From NCBI RefSeq assembly GCF_036321535.1, contig NC_087437.1, forward strand, positions 88,724,001-88,788,000: 64,000 bases of DNA, given 5' to 3'. This DNA is from Camelus dromedarius. Taxonomy: Eukaryota. The translations under genes and the position numbers were made by a program. Of the stretch, positions 1 through 12,801 are shown in pieces. Under the pieces are notes generated by a model. That model was not told the DNA's origin, did no database searches, and worked only from the letters and a program-made list of their open reading frames with translations. The first letter of the stretch is position 1. Each line of letters opens with the position of its first letter.

Positions 1-327
1 GTAGCCCATTCCGCAATACCTCTCCATCCCTGGATCAGGACTGGCTCTCTGAAGTAGATGACGTTTCTTTTTCTAAATTGTTCTAAATGATTGCACTCAA
101 GAAACAGTTAAATTAACACTCTATACTTAACACTGTCCTTAAAAAGAATTTGCCCTCTACCATTGTATAGATTCCTTCAGCTGATACATTTTTTTTCTAA
201 TGTTCTTTCTTACTCTGTCCCTCTGATTTATAAAGGATCATGTAATTCTTCATATCCTGTTTTGTAAATTCACCTTCACTATACCTCTAGCAAATAAAAG
301 GGAACACGCCCCAAACTGAACCCTTTC

Positions 328-466
328 CAGGGCAGCCTTCCTGGTGAAGGGATTTGGGCGGACCACAGGGTTCAGCCCTTGGTTTAATGTGATGCTGTTT
401 CTGTCTTGAAATTCTTAGTAAATTTTCATTTTGAACTGGGCTTCATAAACTGTGTTGCCAGTGCTG
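328..466 (+). mobile_element. MER91-like hAT-Tip100 non-autonomous DNA transposon relic
   Basis: CAGGGC start, internal 'cttggtttaatg...gtcttgaaattctta...ttttcattttgaactggg' and 'gccagtgctg' end match the recalled MER91A consensus. Confidence 0.7.
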
Positions 467-714
467 CTGCTTCATTCTCCTCTTGCCAACTAATGTGAAT
501 CTGGTCTCCATCTTCTCTGTTTTTTAAGAACATAACCACTATCTGCCTCATTATATAATGTTGGACACAAAGCTTCATCTCCACTTCACCTCTCCTTGAC
601 CACCTCCATATCCAATTGTTTGCAAAGTTGTGTCAAGTCTAACCTCACAAGGTGTCTTATGAATCCTTTTTTCCTTTCCTACTACATTCAATAGAAAAAA
701 AAAATCCTAACAAA

Positions 715-890
715 ACTCAGACTTGATTTGAAATAGAATCTCTGTCACTTATTAGTTGTAAGACTTTCAGCAAGTTGAATAACTTCTTGAATGTCTATTT
801 TCTCATCTATAAACTAGTAAGAATAAAACTTACTTTGCAGATGTAAGGACTAGAAATACAATTTGGTAAGTATTTAGGACAGTGCCTATT
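715..890 (+). mobile_element. MIR SINE relic
   Basis: Decayed MIR core: 'tctgtcacttattagttgtaagactttcagcaagttgaataacttc...ttctcatctataaa'. Confidence 0.7.
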
Positions 891-1074
891 TTTAATTTAG
901 AGAGGGTCTCATAAGACTAAATTTTAATTCTCTCTCAACTTTAAACAATTCTTTATCCTGGTATCAGTTATCAATATATTTTATCCATATATTATTCATC
1001 CATCCAGCACTTATTTAGTACTCATTTCCATAAGGATTTTAAAACAGTGCCTCCCCCTGAAAAAAAAAAAACCA

Positions 1075-1665
1075 GTGCCCCCAAATTTATTGATAATTCT
1101 GCTATCTAGAAATGGGGCCTACATCTCCTCCTTTTGAATATGAGCAGGTATGGAACTGCTTCAGCCAATAGAGTGGAAATGCCACCAGGTGATTTATGAA
1201 GCTGGATCAAACTAACACTACATCATAAATCAACTATACCTCAATTAAAAAAAAAACAAAAGGCCTGTAATTACCAACTTATTTGCTGGAATCCTTCCTC
1301 CTGGAGCCCTGATTCACCATGCAAAACGTCCAACAACCCAGAGGCAACCATGCTGTGAGGAAGTCAAGCCACATGGAGATGTCATACACGGTTGCTCAGT
1401 CACAGCCCTGTTCTTCGAGTTGTCCCCACCCAGGCACCAGCAACAGAAGTGAACAAGCCTTCAGATTCCAGCTCCCTGGCAGTGAAGTCATCCCAGCCTT
1501 CAAGTCCTCTCCAGTGAGGCTCCAGATTACAAGGAGCAGGCAAGCCATGCCCTCTATGCTGTTTGAATTTCTGAGCTACAAAATCCACAAGCATAATGAA
1601 ATGTTTCTTTTAAGCCACAGGTAAAGTTGGGAATCATTTATTATATTGCAATTTTAAGTGGAACA
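1075..1665 (+). mobile_element. MLT1 (ERVL-MaLR) solo LTR, interrupted by a tiny L1 tail
   Basis: MLT1-type motifs 'ccatgctgtgaggaagtcaagccacatggag', 'ccaggcaccag...gtgaacaagccttcagat' and the 3' 'tttaagccac...ttattatattgcaat'. Confidence 0.75.
1209..1257 (+). mobile_element. Extremely 5'-truncated L1 3' end with A-tail
   Basis: 'aactaacactacatcataaatcaactatacctcaattaaaaaaaaaa' matches the last ~40 nt of the L1 copies ending near 6810 and 20710 in this window. Confidence 0.85.
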
Positions 1666-3740
1666 GCTCCAAACTGGGGGGAAAAAAAAACACATGTATT
1701 ACTTATGTCCTGGCCCCACTTTTCTTTCCAGCCTTACGTCTGACAGCCCCTCATTCTGTGGAGGAGCCCCAACCCTCTGGTAATCTCTGCTTTCCAGCCT
1801 TACTTCCCTTATCTACATGCTGTTGCTGGTTGGGAAGTGTTTCCTACTTTCTTCAGCCTCTGAAGACTCAGTTTGTGTTCTGTACCCCTGCTGCCTTCTC
1901 ATTTAATCCTTCCATCTCTCCAGCCATTTATATAGTTTATTCTTCTGAATCCTGCTGGAACTTTCCCCTCATTTTGATACTTTAAACATTCACCAAGCAT
2001 TATAATTATTCTTGCTTGTGTACACATGTTCTCTCTCCTAAGACAGAACTTATGTAAGATTTTATACCTTAACTACAATAAATCCACATGGTCAGGGCCT
2101 CACTAATAACGCATCAGTGCTCGGAATTAGAGTCGTGGCGCTGAGGTGCTTCTAGTCTTGAAAAGTTATTTAGGAGCCACGGTATTTATAGACGCCAACC
2201 TTCCCTCCACCATTACCATGCCACTTCCTTTGTCCTTTTATATTTCCTTGTATATCCTGAATTGATCTCCGCACACATACCTATTTTATGATTATCTATT
2301 AATTAGATCATTTGCCACCACTGATCTCAGCTCCTTGTTTTGTCCTTTAGTTGTCATAAAGGTTCTCCAGACTGAAAGCAGTAATAGATTTTACTACCTA
2401 TAACTCGGCACCAATAAGATCCAGTTATCATCAACTTTTCACACAATGGAAACGCTATAAAACAAGACCACAGGGGCCCAGAAGAACTTGAATCTCTGAG
2501 ACAGAGTATGCTTTAAACTCTGAATTTTACTTTATTTTAGATACTACTTGTTCCCTACATTGCAAAAATATTTAAAGAAACTGATTAACTTAATTTTTAA
2601 AGATTACTTGTATTATAGTTATGGCAGGTTTTTCTCCCCTTCCTAAGTGACATACACTTGGCTTTAGAAAGGATGAAAGAGAAGGAAATTGGCATTTATT
2701 GTATATGCCAGACAGTGCTGAGAAAAATCATATGACTGACTTCATTTGTTTACTACATTCTTTTACAGTAAATTTCCTTCAGTTGAAGTGAGATTCTTAG
2801 ATATGTCAGATTTTTTGTGTCTAACCAAAGTATATCCAATACTGTTCGAACAGCTGATCAGCTTTGTCTGTGTAATATACAAAGGGCTGGCTAAATGTGT
2901 GTATTTAATAATCCAATCATTACTGCTGGATAGACAACCCTAGGAAAGAAGCCATGTAATGGGTGTGGGATTAGGCCCTTGACAAGAGTCCTTGATTCTT
3001 GCAGACATCCTGCAGCTCTGAATTCCCATCATGTCTTTAATCATAATTGCTTTCTTAACACCCGTCTGGGATGCTATCAACAGAGGCTTGGGACTCCCAG
3101 GGAAGGATAAATAGGCAGAAAAGTGAGCTTCTTGGAAGCACCAGTCCTGCCTTGGTGCAGATTTCTCCCTAATAAAGTAATGGAGGAAAGCATTTAAAAA
3201 AGATTCAACTGAAGCAAGTATCCTTAAATTCGATTATTTTCCACAAGGAGTTAGTGGGTGCTAAATGTTCCCTTGCTGGCTATAAAATCACTGGGGGAGA
3301 AATAACAATTATGGCAATCACAGCATTAGTTTAACCCTAGGAACTTACATACAAAGAAAAAAATGGAACAACTTTTAAAAGACCATCTTTAAGAAGGCCA
3401 CACAATTAAGACGGTCATTCACAGGAGGTTTCCAGCTTCTTCGCTCTCTCTCCAGAAGGGGGTCCGTAGTCTCTGTGGCTACCCTTCAAAGCATAACAAT
3501 AAGCGTTCCTGTTCATGGATTTTAGGGATTGAAAATGTTATTAATCAAAAGAGTCACTGTGGTTTCATTGCTTCTAGAATCTCCTGGGGCATTGTATACA
3601 GCTGCATTCAAAGAAAATGAACTGTTATAAACTGGATCATATTCATCCCTTGGGCTCATCTGATTACAAAATTGCCCAATGAGCTGTTACAGTATTTTCA
3701 ACTAATTAGTTAGACCATGCATTGTGCTTTCTTTCCTTTC

Positions 3741-3772
<32 letters not shown>

Positions 3773-4220
3773 CTTCATAGAACATATTTCAGTCTTCTCT
3801 AACGGTGCGACTATCTCAGTGTTTGTTGTGCAGCCCAAACCCTCAAATCACATCCCTAAATTACACCACTTCTCATATCACTCTTCCTGTGAGGGAGATG
3901 AATGGGGCACCTTTCTTTCACTGTTTTATTGATTCTAAATCGGAGCCATTAAAGAGCAACACTATTCAATTCAGGAATTCAGAGAAATATTTGACTCTCG
4001 GATCATGTACTTTCCTGTCAGTGGGTGATGATGCAAGGGTCCTTCATGACATAGTTATACGGAAGCAAAGAAACAGGCATATTTTTAATAAAAGAGATTG
4101 TCATATAAAGGAACAAGTGGATTCTTCAGAAGGTGTGTTTCTGCCCTGTGCAAATTTCTCCCTAAAGTCAAGGATTGATGCTGTAACAAAACAAAACAAA
4201 ACAAAACAAACAAAACCAAA

Positions 4221-5104
4221 CCCTTTCGGTACTACTCAGAGAGTTCTAGTTGTTTTGGGATCCCAGCATAACTTAAAGGGAGAATTTCATGATGTCCTTC
4301 AAATGAAGGAAGAGGGTATCTTCAAATTGTTTGCAGCAGGAACACCCACTTAGGTGGCACCAGCCTTGACCTCTAAATGGAACAGTCCATCTACAGAAGG
4401 AAGAGTGGTGGCATCTACATCATAAATGTGAAGAGAACCTGGGAGAAGCTTCTGCTGACAGTTTGTGCCATTGTTACCACTGAAACCTCAGCTGGTGTCA
4501 GTGTCATATCCTCCAGGAGTAACTGGCCAGTGAGTTGTGCTGAAGTTTGCTTCTGTCACTGGGGCCACCCCACTGCTGGCTGCTTCGCTCCTGGAAGTTT
4601 CACTAGCCAGATCCAGGTAACCATTGCATGTGTAACACAGACTCTCCTCTGTGCTTTGTAGACCTTGCCTTCTCGTGCCACAATAAGTCACTCCCACAGT
4701 GGTCTGATGTCCTGGATGCTGGCCCTGGAAGTTCTGCACACACACAGCACCAGCCATGAGAGGTCAGGGCTGATGTCTACTTCTGCAGGGATACTGGGGA
4801 GAAAGAAAAGGAAGAGCAAGCCTCTGCTGAAAAGGCTGTGATCAAGGAGGGCTGTCAGGGTGAATGGACCACTCTAGCGCCTGAGCTTGCTCCTACTCAG
4901 TCTGTGGTTGCAGGCTGGTTCGAAAGCTCAAATGTGCCTCTTGTTCCTATCCCACAGTTCACCACTGAAGATGGTGGCACTCAGCCACCACTGAAGACTA
5001 GCCTGTACCTAATACTGCTCAGACCACTGAATGGGTAGGAAGAATCCCTGAGTGATTCTTCTTAACCTGGTCCTTAAGATAAGGTTGATGGGAGATAAAC
5101 AGTT
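4221..5104 (+). pseudogene. RPSA: Processed pseudogene of 40S ribosomal protein SA (uS2, laminin receptor 1)
   Basis: Intronless. Translations DVLQMKEEGIFKLFAAGT, MEQSIYRRKSGGIYIINVKRTWEKLLL and [10 protein letters not shown] match RPSA. The 5'UTR ('taacttaaaggga') and 3'UTR ('ggttgatgggagataaac') are retained. The start codon is deleted, and there are frameshifts, stops and a ~30-codon internal deletion. Confidence 0.97.
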
Positions 5105-5134
5105 TTTTTTTTTTTAATGATTCAACAATTTAAA

Positions 5135-5521
5135 TGTTATGGACAGAACGTGTACCCCTAAAATGCCCATGTTGAAGCCTTATCCCCTCTATGTGTTTGT
5201 ATTTGGAAACAGGGCTTTTAGGAGAAAATTAAGGTTAAATGAGGTCATAAGCATGGACCCTAGTCCCATAGGACTGGTGTCCTTCTAAGAAGAGGAAGAG
5301 ACACCAGAGCTCACACTCTCTTCCCACAAGGCCAAAGGGAAGAAGCCATGTGAGGGCATAAAGAAAGGGGCAGCTGCAACCGGGAAGAGAGCTCTCACCA
5401 GAAACCAACCCTGATCTTAGATTGGACTTCTGACCTCCAGACTGTGAGAAAATTAATTTCTGTCATTAAAATCATCCAGTTTGTGGTATTTTTTTTACGA
5501 CAGCCCTAGTAGAGCAATACA
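5135..5521 (+). mobile_element. MLT1A/B-type solo LTR
   Basis: TG...CA ends; 'attaaggttaaatgaggtcataag', 'ggactggtgtccttctaagaagagg', 'ctccagactgtgagaaaattaatttctg'. Confidence 0.9.
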
Positions 5522-5632
5522 GCAAGTATCTCTAAGTAAATTATTCTACAGGGGGAGAGCAAGGATGGTTTTCGTAACAAAAGAAATTAAAAAGTGAGGG
5601 ATAGAAGAAAATACATAGTTTCAAAAATAAGT

Positions 5633-6814
5633 TTCTCTGACATAAGTTTCAAAAAAAATTCTCTGACAAAAATCGTAGCAATGTTTTCCTAGGTAAGTCT
5701 ACCCAGGCAATAGAAATAAAAAATAAACAAATGGGACCTAATTAAACTTATAAGTTTTCACACAACAAAGGAAACCATGAACAAAATGAAAAGACAACCC
5801 ACAGAATGGGAGAAAATATTTGCAAATGATGTAACTGACAAAGATTTAACTTCCAGAATATACAAACAGCTCATACAACTTAAAACCAAAATCCAAACAA
5901 CCCAATCAAAAAATAGGCCAAAGACCTAAACAGACATTTCCCCAGTGAAGACATACAGATGGCCAATAGACACATGGGAAAAAATGTTCAATATTGCTAA
6001 TGATCAGAGAAAGGCAAATCAAAACTACAATGAGGTGTCACCTCACACCAGTCAGAGCAGCCATCGTTAAAAAGTCCACAAACAATAAACGCTAGAGAGG
6101 GTGTGGAGGAAAGGGAACTCTCCTACACTGTTGGTGCAAATGTAATTTGGTGCAGCCACTATGAAAAACAGTATGGGTATGCCTTAAAAAATTAAAAATA
6201 GTTACCGTATTATCTAGCAATTTTATTCCTGGCTTATATTCAGAGAAAACTCCAATTTGAAAAGATACATGCACCCCAGTGTTCATAGCAGTACTATTGA
6301 CAATAGCCAAGACATGGAAGCAACCTAAATGTCCATCGACAGATGACTGGATAAAGAAGTTGTGGTATATTTATATAATGGAATACTACTCAACCATAAA
6401 AAAGAATAAAATAATACCATTTGCAATAACACAGATGAACCTAGAGATTATTGTACTGAGTGAAGTAAACCAGACAGAGAAAGAAAAATATCACATGATA
6501 TTACTTATATGCGGAATCTTAAAAAAATGACACAAATGAAGTTATTTACAAAACAGAAACAAATACACAGACATAGAAGACAAACTTATGGTTACCAAAG
6601 GGGAAAGGATAAATTAGGAGTTTGGAATTAGCATATACAAACTACCATAAACAAAATTGATAAACAACAAAGTCCTACTGTATAGCTCAGGAAACTATAT
6701 TCAATATCTTATAATAATCTGTTATGAAAAATAATATATATAAAACTGAATCATATGCTGTACACCAGAAACTAACACAACATTGTAAATCAACTATACT
6801 TCAATAAAAATTTA
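5633..6814 (+). mobile_element. 5'-truncated L1 (ORF2 C-terminus and 3'UTR)
   Basis: ORF 6279-6530 gives [37 protein letters not shown], the L1 ORF2 C-terminus. A-rich tail. Candidate TSD aaaaataagt at 5623-5632 and 6815-6824. Confidence 0.95.
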
Positions 6815-6960
6815 AAAAATAAGTGAATAAAAATGAGGTAGGAGCCAACATGGTTTCTAAAAGTTATATTCTTGCTAGGATAATAATAATAACAGAGTGC
6901 TATATCACTGTTGGTTTCACTCAAATCTGCAGTAAAACCAAAGGGTTATGCTGTTCAAGT

Positions 6961-7120
6961 CACAGAACTTTTCATAACCCAGCATACTTCTGTGTTGTCT
7001 TTTAACTACTTTTAACTACTGTCTTTTAACAGAACTTTTCATAACCCAGCTTACTTCTCTGTTGTCTTTTAACTACCTGTTGTCTTTAAACTTTTTAAAA
7101 GTTTAAGTTTTAACTACCTA
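6961..7120. repeat. Complex local duplication
   Basis: A ~47-nt unit 'acagaacttttcataacccagc.tacttct.tgttgtcttttaactac' occurs twice, with additional 'ttttaactac' sub-repeats. Confidence 0.9.
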
Positions 7121-8189
7121 CAAATGATATCATCCTTTTCTGTGTTTGACTTTGACTGAGATGCTGCAAAGGACAGTGTGAAAATTGCAGAAGTCACAGT
7201 ATATTTGGGGGCTATTACTGGTTTGGAGAAGGCCTGGCACCTGAGAGGATACAAGCCACCCAAAGGCAATTGATAGATGGTCAGTTCATGCTGTTACAGC
7301 CACAGTGCTATCGTCAATGCCTTATCAGATGCCCAAATGGGTTTTTATGGAGATTTAAAAACATTACAATAAAATAGTGAGTGTGAGAGTTGACAAAGGT
7401 GTAGAAAGGTAAATAATAAGATCGTTAGAATCGTATCTAATAATATGCACTCTCAGTAGAATATATTTGACTTAATGAAAAAATTTCTTCTCCATACAGG
7501 AGATAAGTATCAGATAACTTAAATTATGAAAATCATGGTTGTGAAGTTCCCACTGGCAAAGTTGAGAAGGTACCTCAGCATTCTATTTCCTAGCTATATA
7601 TATGTAACCCAGGTGTCCCCAAGACCCTGAGCCTTTTTCTTGACTAGACATAAATCTCACTCCATGGAGCATGGCCACACCCATCACAGTATTGCAGAAG
7701 ATTGCTAAGCAGGAGGAGTGTTTTTCTACACCTTCTCTACCACTTTGGATTCTCAGTCCTCTTCTTCCGTCTTGTTTCCTTCAGCTGCTCTTCTCTTTGC
7801 TTGTGGCTCCAGCTGCTCCATATATGGACAGAGACCGCTTCTATATTCGACCAAGTAACTCTAATGTGTAACTTCTGTGCAAAACAGAATTTTTATTGAA
7901 CATTTGGAAGTAACAGAGGCAAGGCGTCATCATCAACATAAGAGGAAAAAACATACGAGCTGATAATTTCCTCTTGCAGCCGGGAATTTTCACCGGCTTG
8001 CCTCATATTCCCGGGGAGTTTTTTGCCAGTCCTTCCTTGTCCCACCTCCTTTTCAAATTTTTCCAATGTTTTACTTATGTAGCCAGAAGACAATGCCATC
8101 ATTCCAATGATTTTATTGTACAAGGCAATCTAGCTCTCATTTTGTTTTATGATCTTTCATCAGACCCAACCTGAAATATATGTTTTAAA

Positions 8190-8233
8190 ATTATTATTCA
8201 GTAAAATTACTTTTCTGGTGTACTGTTTTATGA

Positions 8234-8272
<39 letters not shown>

Positions 8273-9065
8273 TTTAGGATATAGAAGAGTTCCATCACCT
8301 CAGAAAACCCTCTTGTTCTATGTCTTTATAGATATACCCTCCTTCATCTTTAATCCCTGGCAACCATTCATCAGTTCTCCATCACTACAGCTTTTAGAGA
8401 CTGTCATATAAACAGAATTGTAGATTATGTAAACTTTTGAGGCTGTTTTCTTTCACTCAGTGTAATTCCTTGAAATTCATCCAAGTTGTTGCATATATCC
8501 ATAGCTTGAGCCTTTTTATTGATGAATAATATGTCACTCTATGGATGTACCATTGTTTATCTTTCATGTGCTCAAGGACTTTTGAGTTGTTTCCTGTTTA
8601 GGTGATTATACATAGGGCTACTATAAAATTTTCCGTGGAGGTTTTTGTGTAAGCATACATTTTTATTTCTCTAGGGTAAATACCCAGTAGTGGGACTGGT
8701 GAGTCAGATGGTAACTGCACATTTAACTTAAACAAAACAAAACAAAAATCTGCTAAACTCTTCCAAAGTGGCTTTATTATTTTTTGCATTCCTACCAGTA
8801 ATGTAAAAAAGTTCCAGTTGCTCTGCATTATTAACCACACTTAGTATTGTCAGAATTATTTTTAGCCATTCTAATAGATATGTAGTGGTATCTCATCATG
8901 GTTTTAATTTATATTTCCTTAATAGCTAATGATATGAGCAGTTTTTACATGCTCATTAGCCCTTCTTATATCCTCTTTGGTGAAGTACCCGTTCAAACCT
9001 TTTGCCTATTTTTACATTAGGTTATTTGTTTGCTTTTGTGATAAGTTTTTGAGGGTTCTTTAGAT
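8190..9065 (-). mobile_element. Old L1M (L1MB/MC-type) 3' region containing a (CA)n microsatellite at 8236-8269
   Basis: Minus-strand ORF 8598-8840 resembles the L1 ORF2 C-terminus (PLWKS...PLLGIYPREIKMYAYTKT...FIVALCII). Confidence 0.85.
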
Positions 9066-11575
9066 CTAAAAATTTATCCCAACTATAACATTTTATTACG
9101 TTTAATTTCCAAAGGACAGTGATTCTTATATTTTCTCTCATTAGTCCCCCCCCTTTTTTTAATTCCAAGCTGAACAGAAATAGCCTTCCCACTTGGCCAG
9201 CCTAAAACCAGTAACTATGCTTTTCATCTTTATCCCTTTATTTGCTCTATTTCTGTCATGCAACTTCAGTATCATTTCTTTTTGGTAGTTTCAAAACCTT
9301 CTTTTGTGTGATCCATTTTTCCTTCAATGTTAGTCTTTAATATGAAGACGAAAATAGTTTATGACTCCTCTCTAAATCACTGCCTCCCTGCTTCTCATTG
9401 CTGCTATGCTGCTTGAAACATGTTCTTTATTTGCTGCCTTCTTCTGTCAAATTTATGCAACTCAGTCTCTGCTTTCATTATCATTCTGAAAATGATCTGG
9501 GAGCAATCATCAGTGACCAGCAGCTTCCCCTCTGTGTTCCTTTTATTTACCTTTCTGTAACAGATGACATTTTTGCCCATCGCTTCTCTTTTGATAATGA
9601 AAATGCCATAGAGAAATCAATCATTGTAGTCACAGAGAAAGGGTAAAGAAAATAAATTTTGGCAACAATCTTACGTTTTCTGAAAAAAATAATTACAGAA
9701 AGATTCATATGGATAAATTATGCAGAAATGCTCATAATTAGCATCCACATATAATTTAAATGGGTGTATTTATATATGAAAGGCATTTGTATTCACAGTA
9801 TCTTGTTGCTTTTGAATTCACTTGCTCCACCATATAGAAGTATATGAATTTGGTTTACTAATAGAATCTTTCAGCTCTCTATTTTTCTGGTTTGTAAAAT
9901 TGAGATAAAAATAGTAGCTACCCCAGAGAAACTGTGTAAATATTATGTGAGCTGATGAATGTATTTAGTAGAGTAACCGAAATACAGAAAGCAATTAGTA
10001 GTTAAACGAATTTAATTAATGTTTTTTTCTTTCCCTGTATTTCTCTAATTCATTTCAAAATGACATTTTTAAAGGCAGGACAACTAATTCAGCATCAATT
10101 ATATTCAGTATTAACCCTGGCAATCTTTAAAATTTGTGGAGACTTGGACACAATCTTTTTTGATCGTGAATGTCTGGACATAGAGCAGATGACGTGTATA
10201 TGTCTTTTATTTAAGTTCGGTAAGTATTCTCTCTGTGTCCCTCCAGAGAACTTCTACACAAGCCAGATTTGTACAGTTTAACCAAGTCAGTGGAAACTCT
10301 ACCCTATGAATGTACTTGTACTGATAGAGAATTATGAAGTAGCTCAACCAAGACTTCGAGTGATAAAGAAGAGAACGATAATATAAAATGCTTCTGCTTA
10401 GTTACTCTTCTTTCTTAAAATTAGTTACTTGTAACAAATTATCACACAAGTTTGTGCACATAGCTCACTTCCCAAGATTTTCCTGGATGCCTTTTTTCCA
10501 TGTAATTTTATAAAAGTTTCTGCATTAGCGTCTGAGGATATTACTGATTTATTCTCTGTCTGACAGCCTACCCTGAAGGACTTTCATTTTGCCTGTTTTC
10601 TTCCAGAGACTCTCTTGTCTAAATGATTCAGTTGAGAGTCTCTTATATAAACCACATTGTCTTTGCTTATTTATATGGTTGAGCATCTACCTATGCTCTT
10701 ACAATTCCAGTTTTGCAAAGAAGCAAGGGCTATTAATCAAATTTAACTAAAATGGCTCTTCTTTGGACCATCTCTTGGCATTAGTGAAGAAGTATATCAT
10801 GTAAAAGGAATCCATTAAAATCATCGTACCTAGCATACCTTGGAAATAACATGTTTATGGGTTTTTGGCTAATTATAATAATGTCTCTTCGTAATATCTT
10901 GATTTTATACTTGACTAGACAGTAGAAAATTGCTCAATGTTCCTACTTCTCTTATCCACTAAAGATGGAACAGTTATTTCAAACCAACATTTGTGGGCAC
11001 GTGGATTGTGTATGTGTGTTGGGGGTGGGGTATAATCTCTTTCTTCCTCAAAATGTTATCTGACATCTATTTATTTAAAAATGGTTTTTATTAAGTTTGG
11101 TTTGTTTTTAAAGCTGTACAAAAATCCTTATAATTTAGGATGTCACCTCTGAGTGATGTTGAAATATTCAAGTTTTAATTTGATCAGTTTAGTGTTGGTT
11201 TCAAAATGCTCATAATGGAATATAATTTGTTTCAATACAGATGCATTTGTTGTTTAATTTTATGCACACTTGTTGGGTTGTAAAATATTCAAACAATACA
11301 CAGTAGATGAAACTAATAGGTTTCATTATCACATCCACTGGAGATAACAGAACATGGCTTTATCTACATCCACACATTCAAGTGATGAACTACTATATGA
11401 ATTTTTTTCTCACAATGTATCAACTCCCTTAGATAAAGGAAACTCAAGTAGGTAACATTAATTTGAAACTAGTATAGCAAGGTACTTCACCTAGAGAGGG
11501 TGGAATCTCAGGTCAAATGTCCTATAGACCTCTACCTTTTCCTCTCAGATTTTAATTTGTATCCTGATCCCCTCA

Positions 11576-12310
11576 TGTCTTAGTCCATTTAGGCAGCTAC
11601 GTAAAAAATACCATAGACCAGGTGGGTCATGCAACGTTTACTCCTCACAGTTATGGAGGCTGGGAAGTCCAAGATCAGGGACCTGGTGTTGCTGCAGAAT
11701 AGGTTCTTGTCTCACACAAGAAAGAATTCAAGAGCAAGCCATAGTAAAATGAAAGTGGATTTATTCAGGGAGGTACACACTCCATAGGTGTGAGGGTGGT
11801 TAGTTTTTATGGGCTGGGTAATTTCATATGCTCACAAGTGGGAGAATTATTCCAACTAACTTGGGAAAGAGGTTGGGGTTTCCAGGAATTGGGCCACTGC
11901 CCACTTTTTGGTCTTTTACGGCCTGGGAACTGTCATGGCGCCTGTGAGTGTGCAACGAGGCTCCAGGTCTACTGGAAGTTGAATCTTCTGCCATCTTGGT
12001 CCTAACCAGTCTGCCCTGTCCTCAGTGGCTGTGCCATCCTTCAGTGGTTGTGCCCTGCCCTCTTCCCTCCTGATTCAAAGGCACTGGTAGAACAGGTGTC
12101 TGTTGAGAACCACTTCCTGGTTCATTGACCTCAGGCTTCTTATGTTCTCACATGACCAGAGAGCTCTCTGAAGCCTCATTTATGAGGACACTAGTCCCAT
12201 TCATGAGGGCTCTACTCTCATGACCTAAATGCCTTTCAAAAGCCCTCACTTCCAATTGCCATCACTTTGGGGATAGGATCTCAACATATGAACTTTGGGA
12301 GGACACAGCA
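11576..12310 (-). mobile_element. MLT1A-type solo LTR split by a nested LTR
   Basis: 'tgtcttagtccatttaggcagc...ggctgggaagtccaagatc' resumes after 12077 and continues to 'cccattcatgagggctct...ctcaacatatgaactttggga'. Confidence 0.85.
11687..12077 (-). mobile_element. Younger ERV1-type solo LTR nested in MLT1A
   Basis: TG...CA bounded ~390-bp block that cleanly interrupts MLT1A; AATAAA on the minus strand ('tttatt' at ~11760). Confidence 0.7.
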
Positions 12311-12441
12311 CATCTAGGGAATCTTGGTAAATGGCAGATTATGATTAAGTGTATTTGGAGTAGGGCCTGAAATCCTGCATTTCTAATGGCTCCCAGGTAA
12401 TACTGATACTTTCCCTGTCTAAACTGGGTAGTTTTAAAAAC

Positions 12442-12801
12442 TATTAAAGAAGACAATTTAGGTGATACAAACAAACTTTATTTAACCCTCCATGAAGTGG
12501 ACAGTCTCCATTTGGAGAACTGCAAAATGGGACAGAAAAGCAGGAAGTTTTTATAGCATAAAGAACAAGGAAGATTAAAATAGAAAATATGTGATTGCCT
12601 AGGGCCTTGTAGTCAAACTTGCTTTGGGGTGAGAAGGAACAAGGAAATAAGCAGAGTCCAGAGCTGGCTGGGAGTTCCAGAATTGGCTACTGGATGTACT
12701 GCGTGTACGGTCAAACAGAGCACTCACCACAACACAGATTATCTAAGTTTGGGCTTGCTGTCATGGTACCCTGGGCATCTTGTGCCTAGAAATTTATTTC
12801 C
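12442..12801 (-). mobile_element. Probable ERV1-type (MER34/39-like) solo LTR
   Basis: Minus-strand TATA-like ('ttttatag') and AATAAA ('tttatt') signals in LTR order over ~360 bp; family assignment is from recall only. Confidence 0.45.

Noticed and set aside
3805..4353. 182-aa ORF, the longest in the track
   Set aside because: It has a non-ATG start and runs through unique DNA, an (AAAAC)n microsatellite and the RPSA pseudogene 5' end. It is a chance read-through.
3192..5130. 'gattcaac' at ~3202 and ~5119 as a TSD of a larger RPSA insertion
   Set aside because: The match is short and lies 1 kb upstream of the mRNA 5' end; chance is likely.
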